Positions 22,701-33,315 of a stretch of 33,315 bases of DNA are shown one piece after another. The notes beneath the pieces are model-generated. The model saw nothing but the letters and a program-made list of their open reading frames with translations. It was not told where the DNA came from and made no database searches. Position 1 is the stretch's first letter, and each line of letters starts with the position of its first letter. The stretch is from contig JYFJ02004286.1 in NCBI GenBank assembly GCA_000934665.2, positions 1 to 33,315 of the forward strand, read 5' to 3'. The stretch comes from Catajapyx aquilonaris. Its lineage: Eukaryota. A program made the translations under genes and the position numbers.

Positions 22701-25700
22701 ACCCCCACCCAAGGAAACAAAATGCCTCGCTCCACAGCTGTTCAAAAGCCGCGCCAGGCATGCGCCCCTCCATCCTGGCGGAGGCTGGCCGGGAGTTGCG
22801 CAGTGCCCGGCCAACCGCTAATTGAAATTTACGAACATTATTTAGTTATTTTAAAACTATTGAATTATTATTTGCACTAATTCTAGGGTGGAATCTCTTG
22901 AGGAGGGTTGGGGGCAACTCTGTATGCCAAAATTTGACGGCCAAGGTCATAACCCCCCCCCCCCCCTTTTTTTAGAGACGTGGTTTTTTCAGAGGCCAGA
23001 AAATCCTGATGTCGCGCATTTAGGCCTCATCTGGCAAATATAAATTATATAAAAGATTTTATAGTCATAAAATCGCGACTTTTTTCCTTGATGAAAAAAT
23101 GTACAAGCTACTCAGAAACCATGTTCCATGGTCGGAAAACGCTATAGTTTCACCAGCAGAATTTTTCACAAAGTTGCCGTTACATACAGTGGAACATCGA
23201 TTATCCGAACAGAGTCTGACCAGGGGGTGTTCGGATAACGGCCTTTTACGGAAAAAAATACCGGTGTCATAGGAGCAATATGAAACTAAGAAACAGTGAC
23301 ATTAACCACAAAACTGTATATTTTCTGTCTCAGGCACGTCTTAAAAATACTGTACATATACCTTCCTGTCCTTACATGAAGTAATCCTACAGTTTAGGGG
23401 AAAAAAGGCCAATTTTTGCCGACCCGAAAACGTTCGGTTAACCGATGGTTCGGTTGATCGGTGTTCGGATAATCGATGCTCCAATGTACATGTGACGCTC
23501 ATCCTATTAGAGTTAAAGACGATTAATGAAAAGATGATCCCCTAAAAGGCCCACGAGGACCTATCACGTGGTATCAATTATTATTAGAGAATGGATTTCT
23601 AGGTTTTTACCTACTTTTTATTTTGTAGGAAGAACACCGGAACCAAAATATCTATCCGTTTCATAACACAAGGAACTCAAAAATCGTAGTTTTATAGAAC
23701 CTAATATTGCTTATTTCGGACGTTTTTTCAGCGGCCCAAAAAGATGATTTCATTCAAGTTAATCTGGTTAATCTGGTTTATTTATGCAAGATTTTGTAGT
23801 CCAAAATGTCCGATTTTTTATGCGAGAGAAAATTTAAAAAGCCACACAGAAACCACGTTACGCTCTAGTTTCACAAGCAGAATTTTTTAAGGCCAGCGGA
23901 TCAGCACATGATACGCCCGTCTTATTAGGGTTAATACCATTTCTTTTACAATTACTCATTGGCCCGATTGCTATGAGTACCCCACCCACAGTGTGCAATC
24001 TTCCAGTACTGCAGGCAATCTTGGATAATGGTGTACACACTCCCACATTCATTGGAGTTTTGTCAGAAAGTGCTTCCACCATGATGGGATTGTTAACCAC
24101 AGCTCTGCCAATATCAGTGACCACACAGTTTGCTTGCTTTGGCCTGGAATCATCAGTCAACACCAACAATGACTCTCATAACAGCTTGCTCCAGTCTTTA
24201 ACAAGTGAAAAAGATTTGCAGTTTTTGTACATGGTACTCATGTGGTGATGGATTTCTGACATCTCAACACCTTCCATAACTAAAAAATGAATTACCGTTC
24301 ACTGCTCAATGTTTGTTGCTTCCATATCCGAGTGGATGGTCTTTTTGACAGGGGGTCCTGAACAAACGCACACTACCACTGTGTCATGGGATCGAATCTC
24401 CAACTGTCAGTGCCTCATAACACTACAGTGGTACCACTTGTGTAGATAATGCTGTGAGAAACCCATTCAGCAGTTTGCTATGACCTTGCCTCGTTTTCAC
24501 TTGAATGACCCTTAGGCTGGGCACAAATAGGGTATTTGGGAAGAAGTTCTTGCCCGAGCTACACTGCCAGGATGCAAACAGCACATGTGCCAGGAAGCTC
24601 CGCCCACAAGTTAACCGGTTCCTTGCATGCAAGAAATTTGGGAGACTCCTGAATGCATATGGCCATGACACATGTGCCCTCTGGCTTGGGAACATGATAC
24701 TTAAATATAGGCTCCAAGTTGTCTCCCTCCAAGTCGCCCATCTGCGCCCAGCCTTATAGCTACAAATGGCTCAGCTCTGAGTCAAGGCATTCCATCTGCA
24801 ACCAAAGCTGATGCTCCCGGCCCACAATGATAATGACCATGACATGTGGAAAATAACAGCATCTGTTATAAATGGTGGCTCTCACCCACACTTGTAACAT
24901 TACTCAGAGGCAATCAATATGGAGTGCTGTTTTTGAGTGGAAAAAAACAAAAAACAAAAAAGGAACAACAAACCACCTTGAAATACATCTCAGAAAAACT
25001 GAAGTCCAGTTGAATTGTTTTCACTGCATTTTTTTTGTTTTTTGTTTTTGGCATGGTTAATCTCCATACAGGGGTTTCAAATTTTCATCCATAACCCAAT
25101 TATGTTAAATTGGAATGCAACATGCACAAATATACTTTTTAAAACATGCCTATGCCACAACTGGAAACAAAACATATATCATTTAATAGCCGAATTTCAC
25201 TGTACAAGAAGCTCCCACCCATTGCCTTATCTGACTACAACCTAATCTGGACAATCAATCAGTAACCAGGAGCAATCAGCTCAGCAAGTCTTGGAGTTGT
25301 CATATGTCATGCATTTGATACGAGGTACCTTGGAAATGATAATACACAATGTGCATGTTGACAACTCTACTTCTTTCTGAGAGCCTCTAATCACCCTCAG
25401 TTATTGCAGTGGACTGGTCATTATAGAAGGTTAGTGGCATCTGCCTTTACCCAGAAATCAAATTATATTTTTGACTTACGTTCAATTTTGAGAGTTCCTT
25501 CTTCTTCTTCTTCTCCATCTTTCAAGGATGCCTTCTCGGAGTTGTCTACCTCCATATTTTCTGCCTGTTTCTCACTAGATTTCTCATTTTCTTCAACATT
25601 CTCTGCAGCTTCCATCTTCACAGATGCCTCTCCCTTGCTTTCCTCCTCATCCTTTTCCACCTCTTCCTTTTCCATCCCTTCTTTTTCCACCCCTTCCTTT

Positions 25701-26355
25701 TCCACCCCTTCCTTTTCCACCTCTTCCTTTTCCACCCCTCCTGTTTCCACCTCTTCCTTTTCCCCCTCTTCCTCTTCCCCCTGTTCCTTCACTATAGCAG
25801 GTTCTTCGATCTTCTTTTCATCAGCAGCATGTTTCTCCATCTCTTCTGCCTCCTTCACCACCTCCGTCTCCTTCGCCACTGCCGCCGACGCCACCTCCGA
25901 AACTGCCTCAAAATCAGACTGGCTGGACTGGAATAGCAATGTCAGATATTTGAAGCAAAGGTGTATGCAGGACTTACAGCATGGACATTCTTTTAGAAAA
26001 TTACACATTGCAAACTGATAAAAGGCTGCCAGCCACTGGATTCTTGCCTGCATCCACAAATTCAATTCCTTTAACAAACACAAGTTCTCAAAATTCATTC
26101 TGTTACAGCTTAGTTCCTTGTGTCATTCATTAACATTCAGTGGCATGAATACAACTTTCTCATGAGCTGGTTTCCTGTTGTTGGCAAATGCTGCTAACTT
26201 CAGAAATCCTACTCAAAGTTACTATGATATTTAGTAAATTATGCCCCACCCCCACCAATAAACCAACACATTCACCCACCCACCTACCCACACTTTCTTA
26301 GACTTTGTAAAACATCCCACAGTAAGTTCTTCACTTATAATTATGATTCACTTCC

Positions 26356-26399
<44 letters not shown>

Positions 26400-29300
26400 C
26401 ATAGACAAACCCTGAAGTCCTCAAAACAGATGGGATGGTAGGCTTTCCCATCCTTCCTAATAGCATTTCTTAGGTGCCATTCTTCCTTGTCCTCATTATA
26501 AAAGAGCTCAAATCCGTCACGGCAAATTTCACAGATGTTATCCTCAGTTTGCTCCTTTGCCTGTACAGTTCGATCCTCCTTGTTTTCTTCCCCATCTGGA
26601 CCTTGGGTCTGTGCCTGTGACTCAAACCAACTCTGGGCTGAAAAAAGCATTGCAAAATAAGCAAACAACAACAACACTTCACCTATTAGGCCCTATTCCC
26701 CAAATTCACTCAAACATTGCTTGTCACAAGATGTTCCAATGCATGTGTCCCAACCAAAAAAAGTCACTATCTTATCACCTAACCTACAACTTTTAACCTC
26801 TCCTCCACCCTTATAATTGTTCAGTGACATTAATAATTTCACCCTCAATGCAGGCTATTCATGTTCTCCCTGGTAATGATAAGACCCTGTACAGGATGGG
26901 ACTCCTTTGCTTCTCCCAGTAAAATCTTGAATTTCTATTTCTCTCTCTCTTTGTGTATGTCTCAGTCCTCATAGCCTCCTTTTCGCTCTTCTACATAACA
27001 TCAGCTCCTCTAACCATATAAGCAGACAATTTCTGGTGAGAATTCTCACCAAGAAACTTTTGGTGGGAATGGTCACCAGGAATTGGCTGGCAAATGATGT
27101 CAAAGTTTGTATTCTGTGTTGACCAAAACAAAACAGCATAGCTCCAGTGCAGGGCAATCTCCATACTATGATAATATAGCGAAGGCCCTGTCCAGTGGCG
27201 AAAACTTTTCCTGATGCATCACACTTTTGAGCAGACAAATTGGAAGAGATCAAACTCGCTGGTGAAAATTCTAAGTGATGTGGCAAATAAGCTCCAGGTC
27301 TCACAAACTGGTTAGTTGTATCCTAAGAGTGGAAACAGTGGCACAAATACATTGTAGATGAACGCAGACTTACCTCGTTCCTCGAGGTCCTCAATTTCTT
27401 CAAACTGAATCCAGTCTGACACATCGTAGTACCACTTTCTGCTATGCGCCTTCTTGACACTATCTCTCTCTCTTCTATTCTGGCGAAAATGCCAGTCCAA
27501 GTGCTGGGAATACCGCATGGTTTGCTCTGGAGCAAACCGCATTCCACACGAACTGCACTGGATGCCACTGTAGAGAAGGTTGATGACACCTGCCTGGCGA
27601 CTAGTGAAAAAAGGAATGAAAGTCATGAAATGTTTTCTTGCATGTTCACAAGCTTACTATATCATACATGTTCAATGTCACACCCTCTTGAACAAAGGGA
27701 GAGGGGAAACAAATTTCAAACACAATTACCATTCTGGTGCACCCATTGTAATGTTGACTTTTGAGCTGGTATAGGCATACCCAGCCCCACGCAACTCCTC
27801 CGATACGGTAGTTTAATATAAAAGTCTCCGCCTTGGCACTCCAGCAGGGACCCAGACTCACTCGGGTGGCTAACAGAGTTTATTGGGCGATATAGCCTAA
27901 AAAGGCCCTCCACCCATTCATACAGGGATAACAAAAACACACTTTCAAATTTAAACTCCAGAGTTCCAAGGTTCTCCGTCTCAGTCCCGGCACTCAGTCA
28001 CAGCTCGAGTCGTCCTCTCCTGGCTAAGAGACATCGGGCTCCACATCTTGTCGTTGCCCTTGTGGTTGCCACTCGGGTGGCTGGTGGGTGGATCTCCCCC
28101 TCTGCTGTGCAGTGCGTGCGGTGTGTTGGGATCACGGTCTTAGAAGGAGAGGTCGGGAAACTCGCCGCCATTTTGCGTTCCGTTACTCATTCCCGCCGTG
28201 GCGCTGACTGGAGGTGGCCATGATGTGACCTGGATCGTGAACATCTCCATATTGCGGCCATCTTGGTATACGCTATCGGTAGCGGCTAAGACCGTGATCG
28301 GTAGTAATCGGGAGGGGGGTCGCTGATAAGCCTAGTAATCGGGAGGAGGGTCGCTATCGTCGCTATAGTTGTTATGGCGAATGAACGACACGCACAGCGA
28401 GATTCCATTGTTTTACTAGCGCCGCTGCGGGAAGGAATAACGGATCGGCCTTTTCTATTGCGCTGGGATAGAAGTGTCCATGGGCTGGTTGGGATAAAAC
28501 AGGCCAGCGCCCTTGGCCTTGTTTATGTTTCCTACCCATCCTGAGAGAGCTCTGCAGTGGTTTAGGTTTGGTTTCGATTGGTTCAGAACAAGGCGTCCGC
28601 CCGAGTGTGACTGGGGCTCCGATGAAGCGCCGCCAGCACCAAATTCCAGGCTAGCGAGGATTTTTATTAAACTACCATCACCATGAGGCTAGATAGGGAG
28701 TTGTGGGGGGCTGGGCGTACCTCTTTTATGGCACTTTACTTTGCGGCATTTTGCTAATAATGGACTGCGCTTTCAAATATCTAAATTTTAAGTAATAATA
28801 ATAACCGAAGCAGGTTGGTGTAGGGGTTAAGGAGCCAGACTGCTAATCAGGAGGTCCTGGGATCAAATCCCGGGGCCGGCAACTCTGACCGTGGTTTTCT
28901 GTGGTTTCCCACGGTCCCTCCAGGAAAAATTCCGGAGTTGTTTCCGTAATTAACAGGACACAGGCGCTTCCTTCCATCCCTATCCCTCCCCAAAAAGCGA
29001 AGCAAAAAGTAAAAATCAAAGAGTTCCTGACAAAAAAAATAATTTGGATGAACTCCCCCCCTAAGAGAGCCAATGGCTCTATCACGGGGTAAATTATAAA
29101 AAAAATACATATAAAAAATAAAGTAATAATAATAATAATAACAATAATAATAATAATAATCATAATTCATACCCCGTTATCAGCCATTGGCTCTTTAGGG
29201 GGGAAGTTTGTTTTGCCTGGAACTCTTTGCTTTTCATTTTACTGTGCTCTTTGGGATAGGATAGGGACGGAAGGAAGCGGCTGTGGTCTATTAATTACGG

Positions 29301-32300
29301 AAGCAACTCCGGAATTTTCCTGGAAGGGTCGTGGGAAACCACAGAAAACCACGGTCAGAGTTGCCGGCCCCGGGATTTGATCCCAGGATCTCCCGATTAG
29401 CAGTCGGACACCATATCCCCTCCTCCAAACTGCTTCAGTTCTCTAAATTTTAAGTATTGGCTTGCATTGCTCTTGCAGCATTCGTGCCAATCAGCTGATC
29501 ATTTTTTGTGCATATTATTTTTACCTTTCATTGCTTTTTTTGGCCAAGCACTATTGTGAACTTAATATACAGGGTTAAAGGTTAATTGTATAATTGAAAA
29601 TGTTGAAAGTGTATTTCTTTTATCATAACCCTGTATAATAGTGTAAACATATTTTAAAGCACACACAGGGTGTTGAAAGTATGACTCTGAGTAGCTTTAG
29701 TTATAGGACATTTGCCTCGAAGCTGTTATTTTTGTGTAGCTTGTTGCACCCTGATCTAGGTTTTCTATTACACAGAAACTGCTATATTCGATCACTTGGG
29801 AGTAGTGGGGCACCTGGATTGGGGCACAACAAGCTACAAACAAAAAAACTACCTCTGGCGATATGAGCAATAACCAGCCCCCGGACAGTCACATACCAGG
29901 TATATGGTTCCCCCTGCGCTCAATAGTTGTGCTCTTATGGCACTGCTTTGCTCAAGGCTGCCTTCCTAAAAAGCTCGATGGCACATCCTGGCAGGCGATT
30001 CTGAAGCACTTTGCATCCATTCACGACTGTGTGTTGATTTTGAATAGATGCGAAGTTTAATGCAGAATCTGCCGCCAGGTCGGCGCCACCTACACCCACA
30101 TGTACGACACTAGCAACAAGGGGTGGATCAACTAGTGAGCACACAAAAGAGGGGGAGTTATCAGACCTTAGTATTCTAAGACCGTGGGGATAACTAAAAA
30201 CTACCCAAATATTTGGAACACCCTACATATTCACTAGCAAATTAAAAACCCTGTGATTCATCTTACAGTGACGGTCTGGAACCAAACCTGCTGTATTAGC
30301 AAGGTATGCCTGTACTGAAAGAGCCTCTCATCTGTAATGACCCAGAGTGCCTTAGCCATCTAGGTCAGGCCAACGTGGACACTTTGAATGCACTTTTAGC
30401 TCTTACATGTCAAAAACAACATAGCAAGAAGGTCCCCCCCCCCCCCCCCCNACCATTCCACCAAAATAATGATGTACAGGGTCATTGAAAAAGAATGTCC
30501 CAGGTTAAAAACCATATAACTCGAAAACTTGCTGACATATCTTAATGATTTCAGTTTTGAAATACTAAGAAAGGTCAAACGTTTTGGTCTCACATTAGTT
30601 TGTTTCCATATGAACTTCATTTGTCGCTCGGCAGATAAAAAAAGGTGGTAAACAGTGTCATAAACCCGCTCAATCATATCTGGAGTTACCCTTGCAATTC
30701 TATCCCATAGGTCCTGCGTATGACAGGTATTTACACCACACACAATGTTCTTGATGATGCACATAAAAAGTTGCTTTGTCCATGAAATAAACCTTCCGTA
30801 GGAAAGTTTCATTTGTTCAACCTTCCAGTGTGCCAAGTCTTGAATGAGAAGTTTCCCTATGCCTAGCCCAGATCTCACCTCAGTGGACTTTTTTGTGGAG
30901 ATACAAGTATGGTGAAAAGATTCGCCATCTTCATCATCTACGGGAAATGATTTCAACTGTAACGCCAGACATGCTTGAGCAGAGTAGGCAAGACACCAAT
31001 TACCGTATTTACATTTTTCGAGCGACACACGGAGCTCATATAGAAACAAACTATAGTAAGACCAAAACTTTAGACATCTCTTAACATTTCACAACTTAAA
31101 TCATTATGATATCTCTACAAGTTTTCAAGTTATAGGGTTTTATAAATGGGGCATTCTTTTTCGATGACAATGTATTATTAGCAAAAAGTAGCCCATCTGA
31201 AAGGAATTAAATATCTGAAGTCCACTTCAACCAATGATTAATAAATATACTAACTGTTTGAGACTCTCAGGAGTAAAGTCGACCTCTTTGATGTTCTTGA
31301 TTTCCTCCTCCTTTTTGGCCGCATCCACTGTCTCAGTGGAGGGAAGAAGCCCAGTGGCTACCAACTTCTGGAACAGGGCATTGATGTCAATGTCCTGTGG
31401 GAGAGCCATTCCAACAGGTGGAGGCTGGGCTGTGAGGTCAGATGAAGCAGGGGTAACAGCACTGTCCATAGCGCTCAAGCCAGGAATTGTAGACGGGTCA
31501 GCTAAAGGAAATATAAAAGGCACTGTGTACCTGGGCCTCCCCACTGCACTGGTAGTAAAATATAACGTGGCTTACCATTTGAGGGTCCAGCCATGTGCTG
31601 ATCGAATGGAGCACTAGCCTCTTGGTGGCACAAGTAGGCAGGGCCTGGGACAGATGGAGACTGGGTTGCAGGAGCCAGCAAGTTGGTAAGTAGCTCCAGT
31701 CTTTCAGCAGGTGGAACTAGACACAGAGAGTTTCATTAAATAACCAAGATAGTAAGTTACCCTTGGAGAAAGAATATTAGCACTAGAGCAAATATGTTGC
31801 AGTTTTTCTTCTTCTTTTTACCATGAAGAGGTGTATATAAGAGGGGTTGTGTGCATGAATTGACTAACTGCCAAAATCGTCGATTTCGAGTGAACAGCAG
31901 TTTCAAATGTAGAAAAAATCTTCTATTTTATGCGCAAGTTTTCACTATGATAACTCGACTCCTTTCTGTCTAAATTGTGATTGGCATGCGGACTGTTTAC
32001 ATTACTGACATAGGGGATTTTTAACTTTAGGTCTAATTATCTCCATTCGCACCTCTCTGTGCTTAGTCCATTCGTGCCCTCAACCCTTATAAAGTCCAGT
32101 TAAATGATAAATCATCTAACTGGAAATCTCCATTGAGGGTAAAGTAGTGCCTTGACTCTACTGTAGTTGGACAGGTGGAACACCAACCAAACCGGGGCTG
32201 CCAATGGCATCCTTCGACTTCCACATTGCTAATGACGGGTGTTACACAACACTGGTGACTACATTGTAGGACTCGGAAAGTTTGCAGATGCCATATATTT

Positions 32301-32824
32301 CCAGTCCTAAGTAATTAAATAGTTGCCACTATTTTATCTACAGCCCTCGTATGTAAATCCAGAATTACTATTTATGAAAAATCTACTGAATTGATGGAAC
32401 AAAAGGGTAACGTCGAAAATGCCACAAATGCAAGAAAAAGCATTAAATGTGCGGCAACTACAAGTTGCCCACTGAGACTCATTCCCTCACTCAGTTTACA
32501 CATAACAGACATTTGTGTCCACCTTCTGGGCCTTGTGAGAAATCCCTTCTTGTTTGCAAGGGGTTCAATTGAATACAACAGTGACTCATACCAAACTCAT
32601 TTTGATATTTTGATCTACACTAACTTGTTCATATGGATGTTAATGAGAAAATTTAAGAAAAGACTCACCAGAAGTATTTCCAGAAGATCCCCAGGAATCT
32701 GCTCCCATTCCTGGAGAGTTGGGTCTGGCTTCCCTGTGATGTGGAGACTCCCTCCCTCTATTGGAAGACCTACCCCTAGCAGTAATGCCCCTGCTAACCC
32801 TGGCCTGACCTGCTGCCCTCGTAC
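19791..32824 (-). CDS. PCF11: Pre-mRNA cleavage complex II protein Pcf11, 3' part only; exons 32824-32669, 31716-31576, 31501-31255, 27600-27374, 26637-26411, 25927-25480, 20344-19791
   Basis: DINALFQKLVATGLL; zinc finger 1 LYSGIQCSSCGMRF...HLDWHFRQN; Clp1-binding RKWYYDVSDWIQFEEIEDLEER-AQSWFE; zinc finger 2 CEICRDGF..EEWHLRNA..YHPIC; C-terminal GRELSALCSIM*. All six internal introns are GT-AG with matching phases (1,1,2,1,0,1). The N-terminal CID lies beyond the window. Confidence 0.93.
20424..20548. mobile_element. PIF/Harbinger (Tourist-like) MITE, 125-bp near-perfect palindrome
   Basis: TIR GGGCCGGTTTCACCGA(A/G)CTCGGTATATGATAAAACCAGG (one mismatch in about 39 bp) and TTA target duplication (20421-20423, 20549-20551). 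Confidence 0.92.
21218..21975. mobile_element. Non-autonomous hAT element
   Basis: TIR CAGTGCTGGCGTTAGG vs CAGGGCTGGCACTAGG (13/16), perfect 8-bp TSD CAGCATCT (21210-21217, 21976-21983), internal GCGCCC repeats. Carries SINE A copy 2. Confidence 0.9.
21517..21861 (-). mobile_element. tRNA-derived SINE, family A, copy 2
   Basis: Reverse complement of 5030-5368 with A and B boxes and a poly(A) tail; 16-bp TSD ATTTAATGACATTTTT (21501-21516, 21862-21877). Confidence 0.92.
22150..22330 (+). mobile_element. Degenerate tRNA-derived SINE, family C, copy 2
   Basis: GCCACAG..TCCAC.TCT.AGG.CC.GAG.TC.AT.CCC head and GTTCTCT..GTTTTCTTGGGG core align with 5701-5880. Confidence 0.6.
22338..23867. mobile_element. 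Putative non-autonomous DNA transposon with long imperfect terminal inverted repeats; superfamily uncertain
   Basis: The left end TAGACGGGTGGTTTT..AAAAAATCG..CATTTT..GGAC.AC loosely mirrors the right end, and a similar TAGAGACGTGGTTTTTT recurs near 22973. The block is CpG-rich and has no ORF. No TSD was found. Confidence 0.35.
23187..23486. mobile_element. Tigger/pogo-like MITE, copy 2 (internally deleted)
   Basis: Near-identical to 2858-3270 and TA-flanked, but about 110 bp shorter internally. Confidence 0.9.
23950..24325 (-). pseudogene. Mariner transposase N-terminal (HTH) remnant
   Basis: MEATNIEQ*TVIHFLVMEGVEMSEIHHHMSTMY..SFSLVKDW..LTDDSRP..VG/SVYTIIQDCLQYWKI, the typical mariner N-terminus, with two stops and a frameshift. 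Confidence 0.8.
25651..25765 (-). repeat. Coding 15-bp tandem repeat (E/G)VEKE in the Pcf11 acidic exon
   Basis: Repeated TTCCTTTTCCACC(C/T)C units translating to KEEVETGGVEKEEVEKEGVEKEGVEKEGMEKEEVEKDEE. Confidence 0.85.
26357..26398. repeat. (TAA)14 microsatellite in a Pcf11 intron
   Basis: Direct reading; it starts about 12 nt into the intron after the 26411 exon boundary. Confidence 0.95.
27762..28733 (-). mobile_element. Solo LTR (972 bp, probably Ty3/Gypsy-type)
   Basis: TG...CA termini, 4-bp TSD CTTT (27758-27761, 28734-28737), subterminal inverted repeat CCCAGCCCC..CAACTCC, GC/CpG-rich body, internal tandem duplication TAGTAATCGGGAGG.GGGTCGCT and minus-strand AATAAA at 27879-27884. 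The strand is inferred. Confidence 0.75.
28805..29120 (+). mobile_element. tRNA-derived SINE, family B, copy 1
   Basis: tRNA-like head (TGGTGTAGGGG A box, GACTGCTAATC arm, GGATCAAATCCC B box), GGTTTTCTGTGGTTTCCC core, A-rich tail and 15-bp TSD AAGTAATAATAATAA (28790-28804, 29121-29135). Confidence 0.9.
29125..29441 (-). mobile_element. tRNA-derived SINE, family B, copy 2
   Basis: Reverse complement of copy 1 with an (ATT)n tail; 15-bp TSD TCTAAATTTTAAGTA (28780-28794, 29442-29456). Confidence 0.9.
29666..30227. mobile_element. Possible old Tc1-like MITE
   Basis: CAGGGTGTT..AAGTAT at the left and ATATTTGGAACACCCTA at the right. A 64-bp TA|CAGGGTTA..TAACCCTG|TA mini-element lies just upstream at 29570-29633. 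Confidence 0.35.
30477..31172. mobile_element. Non-autonomous Tc1/mariner-superfamily element built from two inverted transposase 3' ends
   Basis: TA-flanked imperfect TIRs of about 80 bp. The + strand encodes PSPDLTSVDFF..KIRHLHHLREMISTVTPDML..YRIYIFRATHGAHIE and the - strand encodes the homologous KNIV..QDLWDRIARVTPDMIERV. Confidence 0.85.
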
Positions 32825-33019
32825 CTGAAACAATTAGGTTCCTTAATTACAAGCAGAACGATACGAGTTGCCGAAACTCGAGGGATTACCTACTCTGGCA
32901 TGCCAGTGTACATCACAAATATGCCAGGTATATAATCAAGTTTTAAAATGTTCAGCCTTGCATCACCAATGTTGTCATTATTAAGCAAGTGACAATAACA
33001 ATATAAGCAAAGGCGAATA

Positions 33020-33315
33020 CAATCCAAGTATACAAACTGGCTGACCTGCTCAACCAGTTTTCCTCGTACCTGCAACATACAAGGAGAAACCTGCTGTCCC
33101 CTCTCAAATACCAATACCTTAGTCTTATCTACGTTAATCCTCATACCCCTCTTTTCACAAACATTATCTAACTTGCATAGGATCAACTGTAAATCAGCCT
33201 CACTCTCCGCCAGAAGGACAGAATCATCTGCATACAGCAAGTGACTAACTAACTCATCACCAAACTGCACTCCTACACCTTCAACCATAGCTTCCCTTAC
33301 ACATGCATCTAAGTA
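33020..33315 (-). mobile_element. Non-LTR retrotransposon (RTE-like) reverse transcriptase fragment in a Pcf11 intron
   Basis: HLLYADDSVLLAESEADLQ..GMRINVDKTKVLVF..VEQVSQFVYL: the catalytic YADD and downstream RT motifs. Truncated after FVYL and runs off the window. Confidence 0.9.

Larger units (their letters stand above)
21156..24514. mobile_element. Rearranged mariner element made of two inverted 5' halves, interrupted by nested insertions
   Basis: The left arm (21156-21217 plus 21984-22148) is the reverse complement of the right arm (about 24270-24514): shared TAAGGGTCA..TGAAAACGAG.CAAGGTCATAGCAAACT, GTGGTACCACTG, TTGGAGATTCGAT and AAAAAGACCATCCA..ATGGAAGCA. Confidence 0.8.

Noticed and set aside
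25651..25765. Regular short repeats considered as a CRISPR-like array
   Set aside because: They are contiguous 15-bp coding tandem units with no unique spacers, in a eukaryotic exon.
25404..26018. 204-aa Ser/Phe-rich + strand ORF, and similar ORFs at 19846-20394
   Set aside because: Antisense shadows of the acidic Pcf11 exons.
30396..31049. 217-aa minus-strand ORF, the longest in the track
   Set aside because: It runs through a rearranged transposon, a poly-C tract and an ambiguous N at 30451, so it is not a gene.

Overview
Eukaryotic genomic DNA, most likely insect (inferred from the Pcf11 C-terminus and the SINE types). It holds four spliced protein-coding genes whose exons I joined by hand with consistent GT-AG phases: pirin (+, 3 coding exons, 292 aa), mARC/MOSC molybdoenzyme (-, 6 exons, about 339 aa), THEM6-like thioesterase (-, 3 exons, 197 aa) and the last 7 exons of the cleavage/polyadenylation factor Pcf11 (-, 5' part outside the window). 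Introns and spacers are packed with mobile DNA: three tRNA-derived SINE families, Tigger/pogo-, hAT- and PIF/Harbinger-type MITEs, a solo LTR, decayed Tc1/mariner transposases, a Helitron 3' end and an RTE-like RT fragment. I see no convincing new multi-gene system. The best leads are: a hairpin of about 21 bp filling an 85-nt mARC intron; two SINE families sharing a 3' stem-loop with a compensatory base change; several dsRNA-forming or poly(A)-bearing inserts inside Pcf11; a nested transposon stack in the last Pcf11 intron; and a lamin-like CSIM CaaX box on Pcf11. All coordinates were counted by eye and no database searches were run.
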